Below are positions 41,600 through 54,934 of a DNA stretch of 64,000 nt, one piece after another. Each line of letters starts with the position of its first letter. Position 1 is the first letter of the stretch. A program made the position numbers and the translations under genes. The DNA comes from Saccostrea echinata (Eukaryota): positions 14,198,001-14,262,000 of the forward strand of contig NW_026889803.1 in assembly GCF_033153115.1 (NCBI RefSeq). Reading direction: 5' to 3'. The notes under the pieces were generated by a model that saw only the letters and a list, made by a program, of their open reading frames with translations, was not told the DNA's origin and did not search any database.

Positions 41600-42450
41600 C
41601 AGTCCGATACACTTTTACGAGATGTACGTGAAAAATGGAGGAAGCGAACAGTAATCAATCTCAAGAGTCCATCGAAACAATGCAAATCGGGAGCAGAGTA
41701 AACACGGACCTCTAAAAGCATCAGAGGTGGGATCAGGTGCAATGGAGGACAAAGCACCCCTGTTGACTGGCCACACCCCGTGTGCTCCTTGTTATGATCG
41801 GGCAAACGGAAAAATCCGTAGACAATTCGGTGTGTAAAAAAAAGACCTAACAATTATAGTCTGAAATACGTCAGTCGGCATTCCACTTAATGATAGATTG
41901 TATTTGCTGACAAGGTCATTGTATCGTCCAAGGAACTTGCGAAATGTTGACTTTAAAGAAGACTGTTGATATCCTTGTTTCATCAACTTGTTTGTCAATA
42001 GCTTACCTCTTTTTAGAAATTTTCGTACGTAGAGCATGCTCTTGTGCGTACCGAGTCAACTTGGAGACATAAATTCTAAATGCATATGATAATGGTATAT
42101 TGCTACATAAATAAGGGAAGTTGAAGTCATTACGTTTATCATAAAGTTTCGTTTTTCTTTTTCTAGTGAAATACCCAAATATGAAACAGATGCGTCAGAC
42201 TCTGTGGTATCTTTTATTTCAAGTTCATTGGGATATATCAAGTCGACATATGAATGGAAGTAATTATAAAACGTACATCGACGATATATCTAAATGTTGA
42301 GTTGAAAGCCACAGCAAGTGTTTTCTTCTCATGTATAAGTTTTTGAATAAATTCTGCTTCATATGAATATAAAAATATGTCTGCTTATAAAGGGGCGCCA
42401 TTGGTACCCATGGGAATTCCGACAGATTGTTGGAAGACTTGATCTCCGTC
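41600..42450 (-). pseudogene. Decayed, 5'-truncated Penelope-like retroelement (RT and thumb fragment plus 3' tail)
   Basis: The minus strand reads GIPMGTNGAP (42392-42420), FRYIVDV (mutated YIDD, 42274-42294), IYPNELEIKDTTES..SVSYL and RGKLLTNKLMKQGY. It is broken by frameshifts and stops. Confidence 0.8.
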
Positions 42451-43573
42451 TATGTCTATAAGCTGGAATTGCCGCTATGTAATAATTACTGAAACATTTC
42501 TAATTTGAAGAAGAAAATTTATGCCTATTCTATAAGCAGAAGAGGGACACACATTCTAAAGCAGACAATACTTGACAAGGTTTTGTTTTGTATTGGGTTT
42601 TTTTTTTTTAAATTATGAGACCATTGAAGAAGTACTGATCATTGAAATTAACCTCGTCCATATCTTCGGCATAAAATTTCAGTTTTTTAAGTCTTGTGTT
42701 TTGGCCTGATGGCGATATCATTTAGGGGTTGCAAAAATCTACGAATATTGTGACCAGCGACATTATCATTGTATCGTCGCTGGCGACGAAAGCCTACCTG
42801 AGCTATTGTTTTGAGGGAACAATAAGTAATTAGGCAACACTTGTAATAACATGAAGCTAAAACAAGTTAACACAAATCTCAGCTAAAACAAATTTTCCAT
42901 TTCAAAGGTCAAAGTAGTATTTTAGTAGTATTATATATCCGGTAATCCGGACGAAGGACAGTCTGATTACCCCCCCCCCCCCATTCTCCTATCGTCAAGA
43001 CGACGACAGGAGAAATGAGGGGTGGTAGTGGTTTTAATCAGACTTGGTAAGAGATTTAATTTCTACCACCTTTTTAAATAAATTTGCATGTAAACTGATA
43101 AAACTGCAAGTTGACCATCGACGCCATTGGATGGTGGGGTGGTTACTGGCACATTGAAAGCGTTAGGTGGTAGGTCTTACTCAAGTGCGCAGATCAGTAG
43201 CGGATATAAATGGGAGGGGGTTTAAAGAATTAAGAAAGTCTTTATAAAACATGTACAATTCAACTTATATTATTGACAAGTATTGTGAGTTTCTGTCTGA
43301 CATATATTTTTTTTACTAAACCATCCCAGTGTTGCCCCAATATTAGCCCCTGGAAAATTATGGATCCGCCCCTGCAGGTATAATGTCATGATATTCCGGG
43401 GGAAGGCAGGAATATTATGAGGTTATCAGTTCTTCCCTAGACTTTTAATAATTTTCTATTATAGGCTATTTTTTAGCTTTGTAATGATACAGAGTATTGC
43501 ATGTACTGATCATACGAGTTAAAATCTGTTCAAAATGCATTAATCATGTTAATCTTTTTGAAAATAATTATTA

Positions 43574-44475
43574 TAAGACAGCGGAACATTAACTGGCAAA
43601 ATTGGAGATATGCAGCTTACGTCATTTCCATCTGTTACAGTCAAAAAATTTAATGATAGGCAATGAAATGGGCGGGTACAATTTGACACGGACGTCCGAG
43701 AAACATTGGATTGAAATTCTAGTTTGAAATTCGCATTTTCAATCCACCTCAGCTACGCTAGAATCACGGTGTTACTGATTGACCCAGAAGACAAATGATT
43801 TCAATTTCGGAATAGTTTGAAATTTATATAAATCAGAATTTCTGTCCAGTGTTTTTTTTTAAAGAAATAAAAAGGGACAAACATTTGATTCCTGTTTGGT
43901 ATGTCCATGCGTGTGTTGGGGGGGGGGGGGGGCTGTACGATCTTGGAAATAAAAAAGAAAGTTTTTTTTTAGTTTGGCCAACCCCTCCCTGTTTTTAATT
44001 GTCAAACATTTTTAGTGAAGACAAAACTAAAGAAAATAGCTCTTCTCTTCCTAGAAATAAAATATTTTGTCATGTGAAGGCATGATCTAACTCGACAATT
44101 TTTTGACCCCCCCCCCTTCTAGAATCAAATGGCCGTCCCCTGAAAAAAATAATCTCTGTCTTCTATGACTTTTACGTGTCCTTAAAATTATAGACTAAAA
44201 AAACTCATATAAATATGAATTTCAAACAACCTGTATATGGGAATTGAAATTATTTGTCTTTTGGATCATACATTCACACTTTGCGTTTGAAAACAGCTCA
44301 GGTGGATTGAAAATGAACATGATGGATTTCACACTAGAATTTCAATCCAATACTTTCACGGACGTCCGTGTCGAATTGTACCCGCCCATTCCAATGTTTT
44401 TAATTGTAACAAATTTAATGGAAATGACGTAAGCAAAATATTTCCAATTTTGCCAGTTAATATTCCGTGGTCTTA
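43574..44475. mobile_element. Foldback-type element with ~230-bp imperfect terminal inverted repeats
   Basis: 43574-43808 is the reverse complement of ~44240-44475, for example AATGGGCGGGTACAATTTGACACGGACGTCCG versus CGGACGTCCGTGTCGAATTGTACCCGCCCATT. Confidence 0.8.
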
Positions 44476-44808
44476 GATTTGGTAAATAAAAAATTAGGTA
44501 TTTTTTTAAAGAGCACACTAACCACAGCCCATAAATCCGCCTATGTAAAAGTTACAAAATATGAAAAAATATATGTACCAGAGACTTTAATGTCTCTGGC
44601 ACAGGCGAGCTAAGTCACGAGGTAATAGTATCCAATCCAGCTGATTTCAAGGTCAAACTGATTCATAATCGGGATCGGAGTGTTAGAAATTCCAAACAAT
44701 GTAAAGATCTCGAAAAGAAAAATATCTGTTTTATCGTAAAAAGTCGACAAAATCTTTTTAAAACTTGCTATTTCAGTTTTATATCTTGTTTCCAAAGAGC
44801 AGTGTTTA

Positions 44809-47720
44809 ATGGCTTCTTCATCCAAAAAGCGAACGGACGAAAAACCAGTCAATGGATTTTTAAATGCCTCAACACTTTCGAAAGCATTTGCATCAGGGTC
44901 CACGTGGGAAGATAAAGTATGATAAATTATTTTCCTTTCGAAAAATAGATTACTTGCCATGATTGTATTGGTAATTGTGCTTAAATAATTTTACCTGCAA
45001 TGTTGAAAGGAGAGCAAGACTAGGATCCTAACCCCATTCTGGCACTCACCCCCATCCCAGCAGCTGTCCAGTGCTGAATTTTTTTCCTTAAGGGTGCAGA
45101 GGTTGGTTTCTCTGTCGATCGATACATATCTCAAAATTTTAACTCAGTGTACAATGTTTCTTACATAGGATGTAGACATTTATTGGATATCAGCCTGGGT
45201 AGCTGAGTGGAAGAGTGCCTGACTTGTGATACAGGGGCCATGGATTCGATTCCTCGTCTACTTATATATTTTATTTATTTATTCATCCTTTCTTACTACA
45301 TTTAGTGGCAAATGGGGGGGGGTGTTCATGTTGTGTGTAAATTGGTCAGTTCTAACAGGGCCTGTGAACTTATGTCTTCAAGGTTGAAAACTGTTCAAGG
45401 AGGGAGGAATGTAGAAGCTTGGGCTATATAGACCATGGATATTGGCCTGGGTAGCTCAATGGTAGAGCACATGACTAGTGATGCAGGGGTCCTGGGTTTG
45501 ATTCTCGGTCCAGCTGCATATTTTTTTGATTCATTCCTCCGTTCCTACTACATATATATAACACTTTGTAAAAATTTTAAGTTAATCTACTGTATCTTTT
45601 TTAGGATGAATTTTTAGATGTCATATACTGGATGCGACAAGTGTTTGGTCTTGTTCAAGGCTTGATATGGGGACTCCTTCCACTGAAAGGATTTTTTGGA
45701 TTGTTGTTGTGAGTATTTTACAATAAGCATGTAAACAAAGAATATATACTTATAATTATTTTTAAAAAATGAGATCTGTAAACACAGTTGTCACTTTAGA
45801 CTCTTTGCTTGCCCTTTGTCATCAAATGAATTGTCAAAGGTTTGTTCAGTGTTGATAGCTCATGGAAGCTAGAATAAAATCAAATGAGAAAAAAATTGTC
45901 AAATGTCAAATAAAATACTGCAAAATCTAATTTTCATTAATTTTTGCCTCAACTTTATGATGAATTTGTGTTAATACTAATTCTAGAGGTAGTACAAAGT
46001 ACATTCTTTTATACTATACAGGTGAACTTTGGTATCTCAAACAATGATAATTATCTCAAATACCATGAATATGTCGAAGTGATTTGAAATCCCAACCACT
46101 TCTTCTTAAAGTATTTTACCCTCGATACCTCAAATCCTTGGATATCTCAAAGTTTTTTTCTTGGTCCTTTAGAGTTCAAAATAATGAGGATTGACTGTAT
46201 ATTATTCACACACACACACACAAAGTTAAGAAAAGGACTGTAGTCCTAGAATGGGATGATTATTGAAAATCTGCAAAAATTTGATCTTACAATTATTAAG
46301 TATATATTTTTAAAAGTAGCGTAGTAGTTCTGACACTGGAATGGAATTTACATATTTATGACATTTACAAAGAAAAAAAATTCATCTACGTACGTAATAC
46401 AAGCAATTTTATTAATGATTTTACATTTAACAGGTTTTTTGTCTTCAACCTTGGAATTGTGTACCTTTACTACAATATGTTTCAAAAAATTGATGATGAA
46501 GAATATGGAGGAGCTACAGAAATCTTAAAAGAAGGACTTATGACATCATTTGCAGCTTTTCTGGTATGTGATGTAATTTTCAAATACCGGTATGATTTCA
46601 AGATGGAAACATAGTGACAGAGCACAAAATGTCATTCATTACTATAATGTACAACACTATTATTATACCCCCTGCTTGAAAAGTGGGAGGGTATATAGTG
46701 ATCGAGGTGTCCGTCCTTCCGTCCGTCCGTCTGTCTGTCTGTACATCCTCCGTCCGTCCGTCTGTCTGTTACGCTTTGGGGTACCTATCTCTTATCCGCA
46801 ACTCCTCTTATACCACTGAATGAAATTTAATGAGACTTTCACAGAATCTTTGTTACATAGTGCCATTGTGCACCTCCTATTTTACTTTTTGATCTGACAT
46901 TTATTTCGGGTCTCCCAGGGCAAAACATGGACTTTGCCATTATAATCATATGGGAGGCTGGGGGTATCATTTAGTGAGCTCAGTGCTCACAGTACCTCTA
47001 GTTGATTTATTAATTTGGATAGTGGTATAAAGAGTTAAATTTATATAAGGAATAACTGTCTAGTTTTTTGGTTTTATGATGTGATCAATCAATTTGCTGG
47101 TGTGATAATTTGCATAAACGCTGATGGCGCTTATGCGTAAAATTATCACGCAAGCAAATTGATTGAACATCGTCATAAAACCAAAAAAACCAGACAGTTA
47201 TTCCTTATATTTACATTTTTACCTGATCCTTAATTCAATAAAAAAAAATCAATAATAAGAAATCTCAGCATCCCCACCAGGTGTATTACTAACCAACATG
47301 CAGCGAAAAAGCATGCAGTTCTGTCACATGCTGTGCAAATCGATTTATGGGGTTATAAAGCCATTACCTTATTTGTAGATTTATCTCAGAGAAAGACATT
47401 GGAAAATGTAAATATAAGTTTATATAAGCATGATAAGGTTACAATGCTGGTAAATTCATCAGGCCATTATAATTTTTATGAATTAAACACATATACTATA
47501 TAGACTAGTAGTGGTACATGTATCTGTATCATAGTCTGTTATGTGCATGAGTTTATACAGCACACGCATAATGTTTTCTGACTTTTCTCTGAATTCTCTC
47601 CACATTACTGTTAACTGTCTATTACCTAAGAAGTGAAAACTTTTGTCGAAATACAAAGCTAAAATTTCTTTTCAGGTAACATGGATAATAATCTACTCAT
47701 CATTACATACCAGTTCATAG
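44809..47720 (+). CDS. RAB5IF: RAB5-interacting factor / OPTI (C20orf24, EMC6-like membrane protein), 128 aa. Exons 44809-44916, 45605-45708, 46434-46563, 47676-47720
   Basis: Not present in the ORF track. The spliced product reads ...STWEDK|DEFLDVIYWMRQVFGLVQGLIWGLLPLKGF...IDDEEYGGATEILKEGLMTSFAAFL|VTWIIIYS. Introns are GT-AG with matching phases. Confidence 0.93.
45171..45552 (+). mobile_element. Miniature LTR retroelement (TRIM) with tRNA-derived LTRs, in RAB5IF intron 1
   Basis: Two direct repeats TGTAG...CTACA (45171-45300 and 45410-45552), each with a tRNA-Thr-like core. The ~110-bp internal region ends in a polypurine tract AAGGAGGGAGGAA that abuts the second LTR. Confidence 0.7.
46019..46197 (-). 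mobile_element. Family A MITE copy; another decayed copy at ~48533-48705
   Basis: Reverse-complement match to 17908-18082, flanked by TA. Confidence 0.7.
46660..47003 (-). mobile_element. Short HINE-like element in RAB5IF intron 3
   Basis: Hairpin TATACCCCCTGCTT..AAGTGGGAGGGTATA, (GTCC)n microsatellite, inverted GGGGGTAT copy and CTCTAGTT terminus. Confidence 0.75.
47043..47415. repeat. Palindromic dispersed element: ~80-bp-arm hairpin plus a second inverted repeat pair
   Basis: ATAAGGAATAACTGTCT...AGACAGTTATTCCTTAT hairpin (47045-47208), then ATATTTACATTTT ... AAAATGTAAATAT. Confidence 0.7.
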
Positions 47721-50700
47721 CATTGATGTAGAGATGGCAGAAGCAATCACACATTTATGGATTCATTTTTCATTTACTGCAGCAAGGGAGCATAAACCAT
47801 TGTGGTGCCATGAATAAAACTAAAGAAACCCTGTGGCATCAAACACGCATAGAGATATATGTTGTTACGTTTTGTGTGAAGATTTCCAACAGAAGGAATT
47901 ACTGTCATTGTGGAGTAATATTTAAACTTTTTGGATGAGTTGTTTTTTTTTTTTTTTTGTTTTTTTTGTTTTTTAATTTTGTAGAAGATGCTGGTTGTAC
48001 TTGTCAAAATCATAAACTAAAAAATGTTCACACATATGTAATGGTAAATATTACTCGGTTTTTATATGGTATTTATAAAAATATTGAATGAAATTAAATG
48101 AAAGTAAGAATATACATATTAGTGTCAGTAATCGTCTTTTTTTAAGTTCCTCAAAGTTGTTTATGATATAATCAAAGTCACAACACAAATTTTAGTCATC
48201 ACTTTTATTATAGATTTGTATTCTAAGGAATGCCAGCTAGGTATTGGCTATCTTTGAAAGAAGTCAATTTTACAATGGCATAAAAAAAATCCTGTAGGAT
48301 TTGTCTTCAAAATAATATATAGATAGCCTTTGGCTGATTATTACCAGGATAAATTATACAGTTTATCATCAAAGGTAATTTCCAATTGGACTTTGACATG
48401 CCCCCCCCCCCCCCCCTTTGTGACTTTTGCTTGCACAAATAGAAGACATAGATATGCAGGTACAAATTCTATGTTTTAACTTTTCATCAAGAGTTCATCA
48501 AAACTATAGTTGAAATATACATGTACAAAGTAAAGTTGAACTTTTTTTTTATCTCAAACATCAATATCACCAATAACATGGATATACTGAAGTGAGTTGT
48601 AGGTCCCAACCACTTTTTTGAAATGTATTTTAACCTTAATATCTAGAATCCATTGATATCTCAGAATTTTTTTTGGCCCCGTAGAGTTTGAGATAACAAG
48701 ATTATTATTATAACCTGTTTTGACAAAGTACCACATGGACAATCTTAAGAAGGGTGATACATGAATGAATTCACACTCCCAGACTTCCTTTGCATGTTGC
48801 ATTTGAGGTTCTAGGATATAGAGATTAAAAGAATACCATGATGAGGAATTTTGGTACTTTAATTATATACATGCATTAAGTACTGTCATCCAATGGATGA
48901 TGAGATATTAGGGTAGATGATATATGTATCAACTGTGTAATGGGTTTGGGAACTTTGTGTTAGACGTTACATCATTTATAACAGTAAGCTATGTAATGAC
49001 TTATTGACAGTAATTTCTAGATAACTGATAGCTTTTAAATTCATTTTAGATGCATGTAAGTATAAAGAATGAATGGAAGATTCCTGTCCCAACACTATGA
49101 TATACATGTGTACCGTATTTGGCTGAATATAATACGCACTTTTTTCCCAAAATAATTTTCTGTGAGAAAGGGGTGCGTATTTTACACCACAATGGGATTT
49201 TGATAGGTTTTTCTTTCATGTGAAACACAGCTATCATACGCACATACCGTAGTATTACCTAGAGACTTATGCAAATATATATAATTACTGAACTGCTGAG
49301 AGAGATCAAAGCACTTGTGTGTACTCTGAAGAACCAAGTTTATTAATTTGTTGATTCCAGTATTATGTCATGGAAAAATACAATGACATTATTGCCCAAC
49401 TCATAGTCGGATACTGTAAGAACTGGTTATAAGAAGGCACTGGGACCTCTAATTTTGCTTCCACATAACCGAGATTATATCCCTATAATGCACATAGTGA
49501 AAAGTCTTCTATGTGATTCGTAAAAATTTCCTTATGACCGAAATTTCCTTATAAGCGAGTTCTTTGTAACTGAATTATACTGTATACTGCGAGAGCAGAA
49601 ATATTTGCTGGGAATTAAATTTTGTTCAATTCATTGCAAATATTTTTTATCAATGAATATTATATCCAAATAAATTTTTTACCCAGACATTGTTACATAT
49701 CTATAATGGTTGTATGAAGTCTCCATGAAATCACTTTAGATCACAAATCAAAGAAATTTTTTTCCCTTGAAAATTCTGCCTCTACAGTATTTATTTTAAC
49801 TAGTTCCTGTCTCAAAGTACCTCCACATAAATCTCCAAATTGTCATTATTTTCAAGGTTTATTCATTGGTAACAATAACTATCACAATACATCACAATAC
49901 TGTAATCAAATAAAAAGTGTATATAAATGTGAATGTTAAAATCAAAATAATGACATGAAGTAAATAAATAAAACCTCAAGAAATGAATATTCCTGCACTG
50001 TTCCACAGAGATTTCATTTCTCCAATATATTGTCAGTCAGCAATCATTAATGAAGGGTTAATATCAGATAAATACTTCAGATATTTAAAAATATGTGTAT
50101 ATCATTTACATGAAATACTAAATACATTTAATCACAATGTAAGTAAACACAACCAGTAAAATACAGTGGAAAAATTACTCAATGTGATTTCTTTCTCCAG
50201 CAGCGCATCTTTTGATCAGTGATAACGGGGACCATTTTGCATAGTGTGCACTGTAATAGTGAATATCTGTGATGCTGCATTATTTTTTTTATGACAAACT
50301 TGTAACCTCAAGGCACATTAAATTTTTCCTCATAATCAATGCATCATAAAATCTGATGCAAGGTACCCAGGTACTAGTAACAGTGAGGCACAGTAAAAAA
50401 AAAATTAAGTACCTTATCCTTAAAGTATTTCTTTGTTCCATATGAGGGATCATCCTCTGTACTTCATTAGCAAAAGTGCAATGCAACTATTTTACGTATG
50501 AATACCTACAGTACCTGACAGGAAAAATCTTAAGTGATATACTTAGCAATTTATATTTATTCTTACTGGTAATATATCTGGTCATTATCTATTGAAAAAG
50601 ATCCATAACATTGAACTGGATAGATCTAGCATTTTCTACATTTTAATTTTTTGAGTAGGGGAGACTAGAGAAGTGACTTCAATTACTATACATTGTGCGA

Positions 50701-50886
50701 CCAATGCAAAAGAATCTGTATGAAAAAGAACCTTGTATTACCCAGTAGTGTAAAAATAAAACACTAATGGTACATGTAGTTTAAAGACATCTGCTAAGAT
50801 TCTAAACCAATGCAGGCATTTTAAAAACCATTTGTAATTGCAAGACATTTCCTTGCAACACATTGACCATGTGACTTAAAAATTTT

Positions 50887-50919
<33 letters not shown>

Positions 50920-51610
50920 ATTGAGAGTGCTTTTGCTTATTATTGAAGGTAATACATGTACATAGAGTAATGTAACATTTCATGGGGGGCTTAAAAAATT
51001 CCAGTGTCTTTCACTCATATGATAAGACATAACTCAAAAATAGCAGAATTTTAAGTGATTATCCAACCTCTTTCACTTAAGTTTTTTTAAAAGGCAAAAT
51101 GAACCACATTACCTTATTTTCCTTGGGAAATGAGGAACTATAACTTAGCTGCATTTTTATAAATAGTCACTGTGTACACAGTTCATTCTATCATCAATCA
51201 TAAATGGTATGTCAAAAAACATGAAGACGCAACACATTTTTTGGTTTCAAAATGATATCATATGACACAACTTAAACTGCTATCTACAGATTGCTACTTA
51301 ATGAGCAAACAATGAGATTGAAACAAAGTGGAAGCACCAACATCTTTGAAATCATTCTAAAAATTGCACTAATACATTAAAAAAATGTCAAAATCAGCTC
51401 CATTATTGTAAACTGCACTCAAAAATTATTTTGAAAGTAATAAAAAAAAAAAAAAGAAAGAAAATTCCACATCTATCACAAAAACAGACACTGATAAGTT
51501 TGTATGTGTGCTACATTCCACACACATGTAAAAGAAAATAAGACAAATACACTAACCTTAAAAATATCATGTACTTACCTTATTAATTCTAAAACTATAT
51601 GTTATCAATA

Positions 51611-54600
51611 TCATTTACTCTTTTGATAAATTAAATAAGCCCCCCCTGCGGCCAAGCCCAGACCTGCTGCTCCAGCTAAGTAGGGAGACCAGGCTTTCAA
51701 GTTTTCCCAAACTAACGTCAGTTTCAGTGTAGAGATATCCTTCTCCAACCTTACATATGTGGGTCGTTTCTTGACTTGGGAGAAATAACTGTCAATGTGA
51801 GGACATAGGCTTTGTGAGAAATATTCTTTGTCCATTCCTAACAAAGCTAAACGGTTTAGGAGTACAGTAAGGTGGATGTCTGCGGCCGTAAACATGGGAC
51901 CAAACAACCACAGTTCATCTGCCACATCTCCGTTTTCTGAAAATAAATATGGAAATAATTTTTTCATCAAGGAAAGTTTAAAACAACAAAACTATAGTTA
52001 AATGAGCATCTGAGAGCAGAAATTGAACTTCACACATTAATCATGCCTTTTGCTATTTTGAGAATCAAACTGCAGACTTGGTACATGCTTATGGCAAAAA
52101 ATGCCTTTGTTTTCAAGCCTTGAATAATTCATCAGGATGATTATGGTTTTTTCTTTACCTTGTATTACTAAATGCCTGTTGTTCCATTATTGATAAATTT
52201 TATTTATTCCATTTTGATTTGAAAAAAAATTGAATAATATGGACAAATTACCAGTAACTAATGTTTAAAAACTAATTTATGGATCAACTTACTTTCTTTA
52301 AGCTCTTTCAGCTGCTGTTCAATATCTTTCAATGTGCGTTTCAGGGCCTCTAAGTGACCTTTGACCTTGGCTTCATCCGTAATGATGTCAAACTTCTGTG
52401 CTGCTATCTGGCTCTTTGTAAGGTAACTGTCTCGTAGCGCAGGGTGAGCTGCCGCTAACTCAGTCAAATAGCTCAGGCGATTGGCAAAGTTCTCTGAAAA
52501 AATATTAATGTAATGATATTTGAAACTTCTGTTGCATACCGTACAGCAGGTTATTTTAGTGGGTTGCTAATTTTGGCTTATTTTGGCATTTTGAAAACAG
52601 CCCACTCAAATTTAATTGCTAAAATATTCAGTACTCTCCATAGTGTTCATCTGCAAAGAGTTGAAACCCTGTGTCCGCTAAAATAAATTACGCGAAAATT
52701 TGAGCAGGCAAAACGCCAAATTTTACACCCACCAAGAAAACCCGGTATACGGTAATACCATGAAGAAAATGTAATAAAAATTTGAGAATAGCTCCCATGA
52801 TTTTGAGACAGGATTGACGGGGAAACATTTCCTTCCTACTAACTACAAAATACTACATGTGTATTCCTTTCAAAACAAATGGATAAAAGTTTTTATAAAT
52901 TATACCTTCACATCTATGTGAATTGATATTTTATTATCTGACATGGTTAAATTAAAATTATAAGAGTTGAAGGATTTATATCACCTACCTCTCATACTCC
53001 TTTGAACAGCCCCTGATATCTGACACCCGGCACCTGACAAGTGTGGATGATATATAATGCCATAAGTAATCACGTCCATTTCAATCATGTCCAGTCTCTT
53101 ACACAGCTGTCTCACCTGTTTACCAAGTTCTGAGGATTCATCAGGAAATAACCTCTCACCTGTGCAAAAAATGTCTATAATTAAAATAGAAATCTAGCTA
53201 GGTAAGTAGCCAGGTAATGGACGGCCCATTAGATATTTTGATATTGTTGTTTTACTGAAAATAATTAACAAACTGAAAGCAACACACATTTATGCTTGTA
53301 TGTACACATAATTTATCCTTGGGCCATACTTTGAACAAATGAATCTATACTCAGACAAGTACAGTTTATTTTCTAAGTCTTACTACTAGCTAAAAATGTA
53401 ATTGTATATTTATTCACAATGAATTCAATATTTCTACACATATAAACATGTTTGTGGTGAATTACTTAATAGGTTTTACAAAGAAAACAGACTGTACCAT
53501 TTTCAGAGGCTTCGTCCACATATTCCATAATGCTGGCAGGATCTGTAACTGTAGTGTCTGTTGTCTCGTCCCTGAGAACAGGTACATGTGCACCCTCTGG
53601 ATTAAGTTTGACATACCACGGTTGATTGTGTTGTCCAGAAAATAAACTGACCAGACGAGGTGTGAATGCCAATTCTTTCTCAAAGAAAGCAAGCAGAACC
53701 TGTAACAAAAGATAACACTCCTGAGTCCATTTCATTGCGAACAATCATTTTTATTTCCTGAACTGTAGAAGAATATTTGAAATCTGATTGATTTTCTTTG
53801 TTTTCTTAATCAAAACAAAGTTATGACTGGGAAACAACACCTTGAACTGCATGAATACATGGTATAAGAATATATATATGTACATGTATCATTTAAAAGT
53901 CTGATAGATTTTCTTCATTTTCTTAGTCAACATTTTGGATAGTCTGATTCTCATAGATTGGTGAAATAAAATTTCTGTGAAATTACTAATTTTCTTGGAG
54001 GGGGCGGTAGGGGTAAGTTTTGTTGTTTTCATGGCATAGAGATACCCATAAATTCATGTCCCATATGAATGTTTAAATTCAATATAAAACATGTAAAAAG
54101 CTGTTGGTTTTTTTTTCAAATCCCCTCAAACCAATAATTTTTCCTCAAACCACAAAAATTTGACCCCACAAAAATAAGTGATTTTACAGTTGTTAATTGA
54201 ATTTTTTTTTCTTTTATTTGATTACTGTAACAGTTATAACTGCTAAAAAGGCAAATGTCCAATCAACACAGAACCGTTTGATATTATTTTGGTGTCTACA
54301 GATAATGTTCATTTCCCATACTGTTGAAGTTTTCTAGTCCACCACCCCCAACCCCCCATCCCTACCCTAGTACCCAGTTTTTTCTGGAAGATTGATCGAG
54401 GTATAAAAAATGTGACTTACTCCAGACACAGGCCTCTGAATTTCTATCAATACGCCGTAATATGATTGTTCAGAATGACATATATATACCCCCTCTATAT
54501 ATAAATACACCAGGTATGCAACGACTGTGTATTTATATATAGAGGGGGTATATATATGTATGTATCATTCTGATCAATCATATCATGGCTCATTGATAGA

Positions 54601-54934
54601 AATTCAGAGGTCTGTGCTCCAGACTACCTTTCCCAAAGTTGGCAAAATTTAATTTAGTCGTTATTCTATATATGTTGGCCAATTATACAAATAATGCAGA
54701 ATATACTTTAATTAAATGTATTTTCTGTGAATATTTTGTACTGTACTGTTTGACCTTCATCAAAATATCACACACATTATTGAAAGATTGTTACCGTTAC
54801 TGGATTTTTCATTAAAAAAATCATATCTGGTAAGTTATTAAACAATACTAAAAAATTCACTGTACCTTTTGTGAAGAATATGATGTAGGAAAATAATAAA
54901 GAGTGAATTTCTTTTCTGCCTTAAGTTGTGCCAT
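51611..54934 (-). CDS. GDAP1: Ganglioside-induced differentiation-associated protein 1 family (GST-like, tail-anchored), ~322 aa. Exons 54934-54866, 53699-53498, 53159-52989, 52493-52293, 51936-51611
   Basis: GST-N TLYYFPTSYSSQK|VLLAFFEK, HNQPWYVKLNP..VPVL and MDVITYG..HP. GST-C WLFGPMFTAADIHL..LLNRL, followed by a C-terminal hydrophobic anchor with basic tail. Phases fit (969 nt). Confidence 0.9.
54427..54616. mobile_element. Nearly fully palindromic MITE with 7-8 bp target duplication, in a GDAP1 intron
   Basis: CACAGGCCTCTGAATTTCTATCAAT ... ATTGATAGAAATTCAGAGGTCTGTG, with CTCCAGA on both sides. Confidence 0.8.

Noticed and set aside
44610-44960. 116-aa minus-strand ORF with a good start context
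   Set aside because: It is antisense to RAB5IF exon 1 and has no recognisable motif.
45190-45515. Functional tRNA-Thr genes (also 9064-9240)
   Set aside because: Acceptor and anticodon stems do not pair properly, and the copies sit inside TG...CA repeats with a PPT, so they are element-derived.
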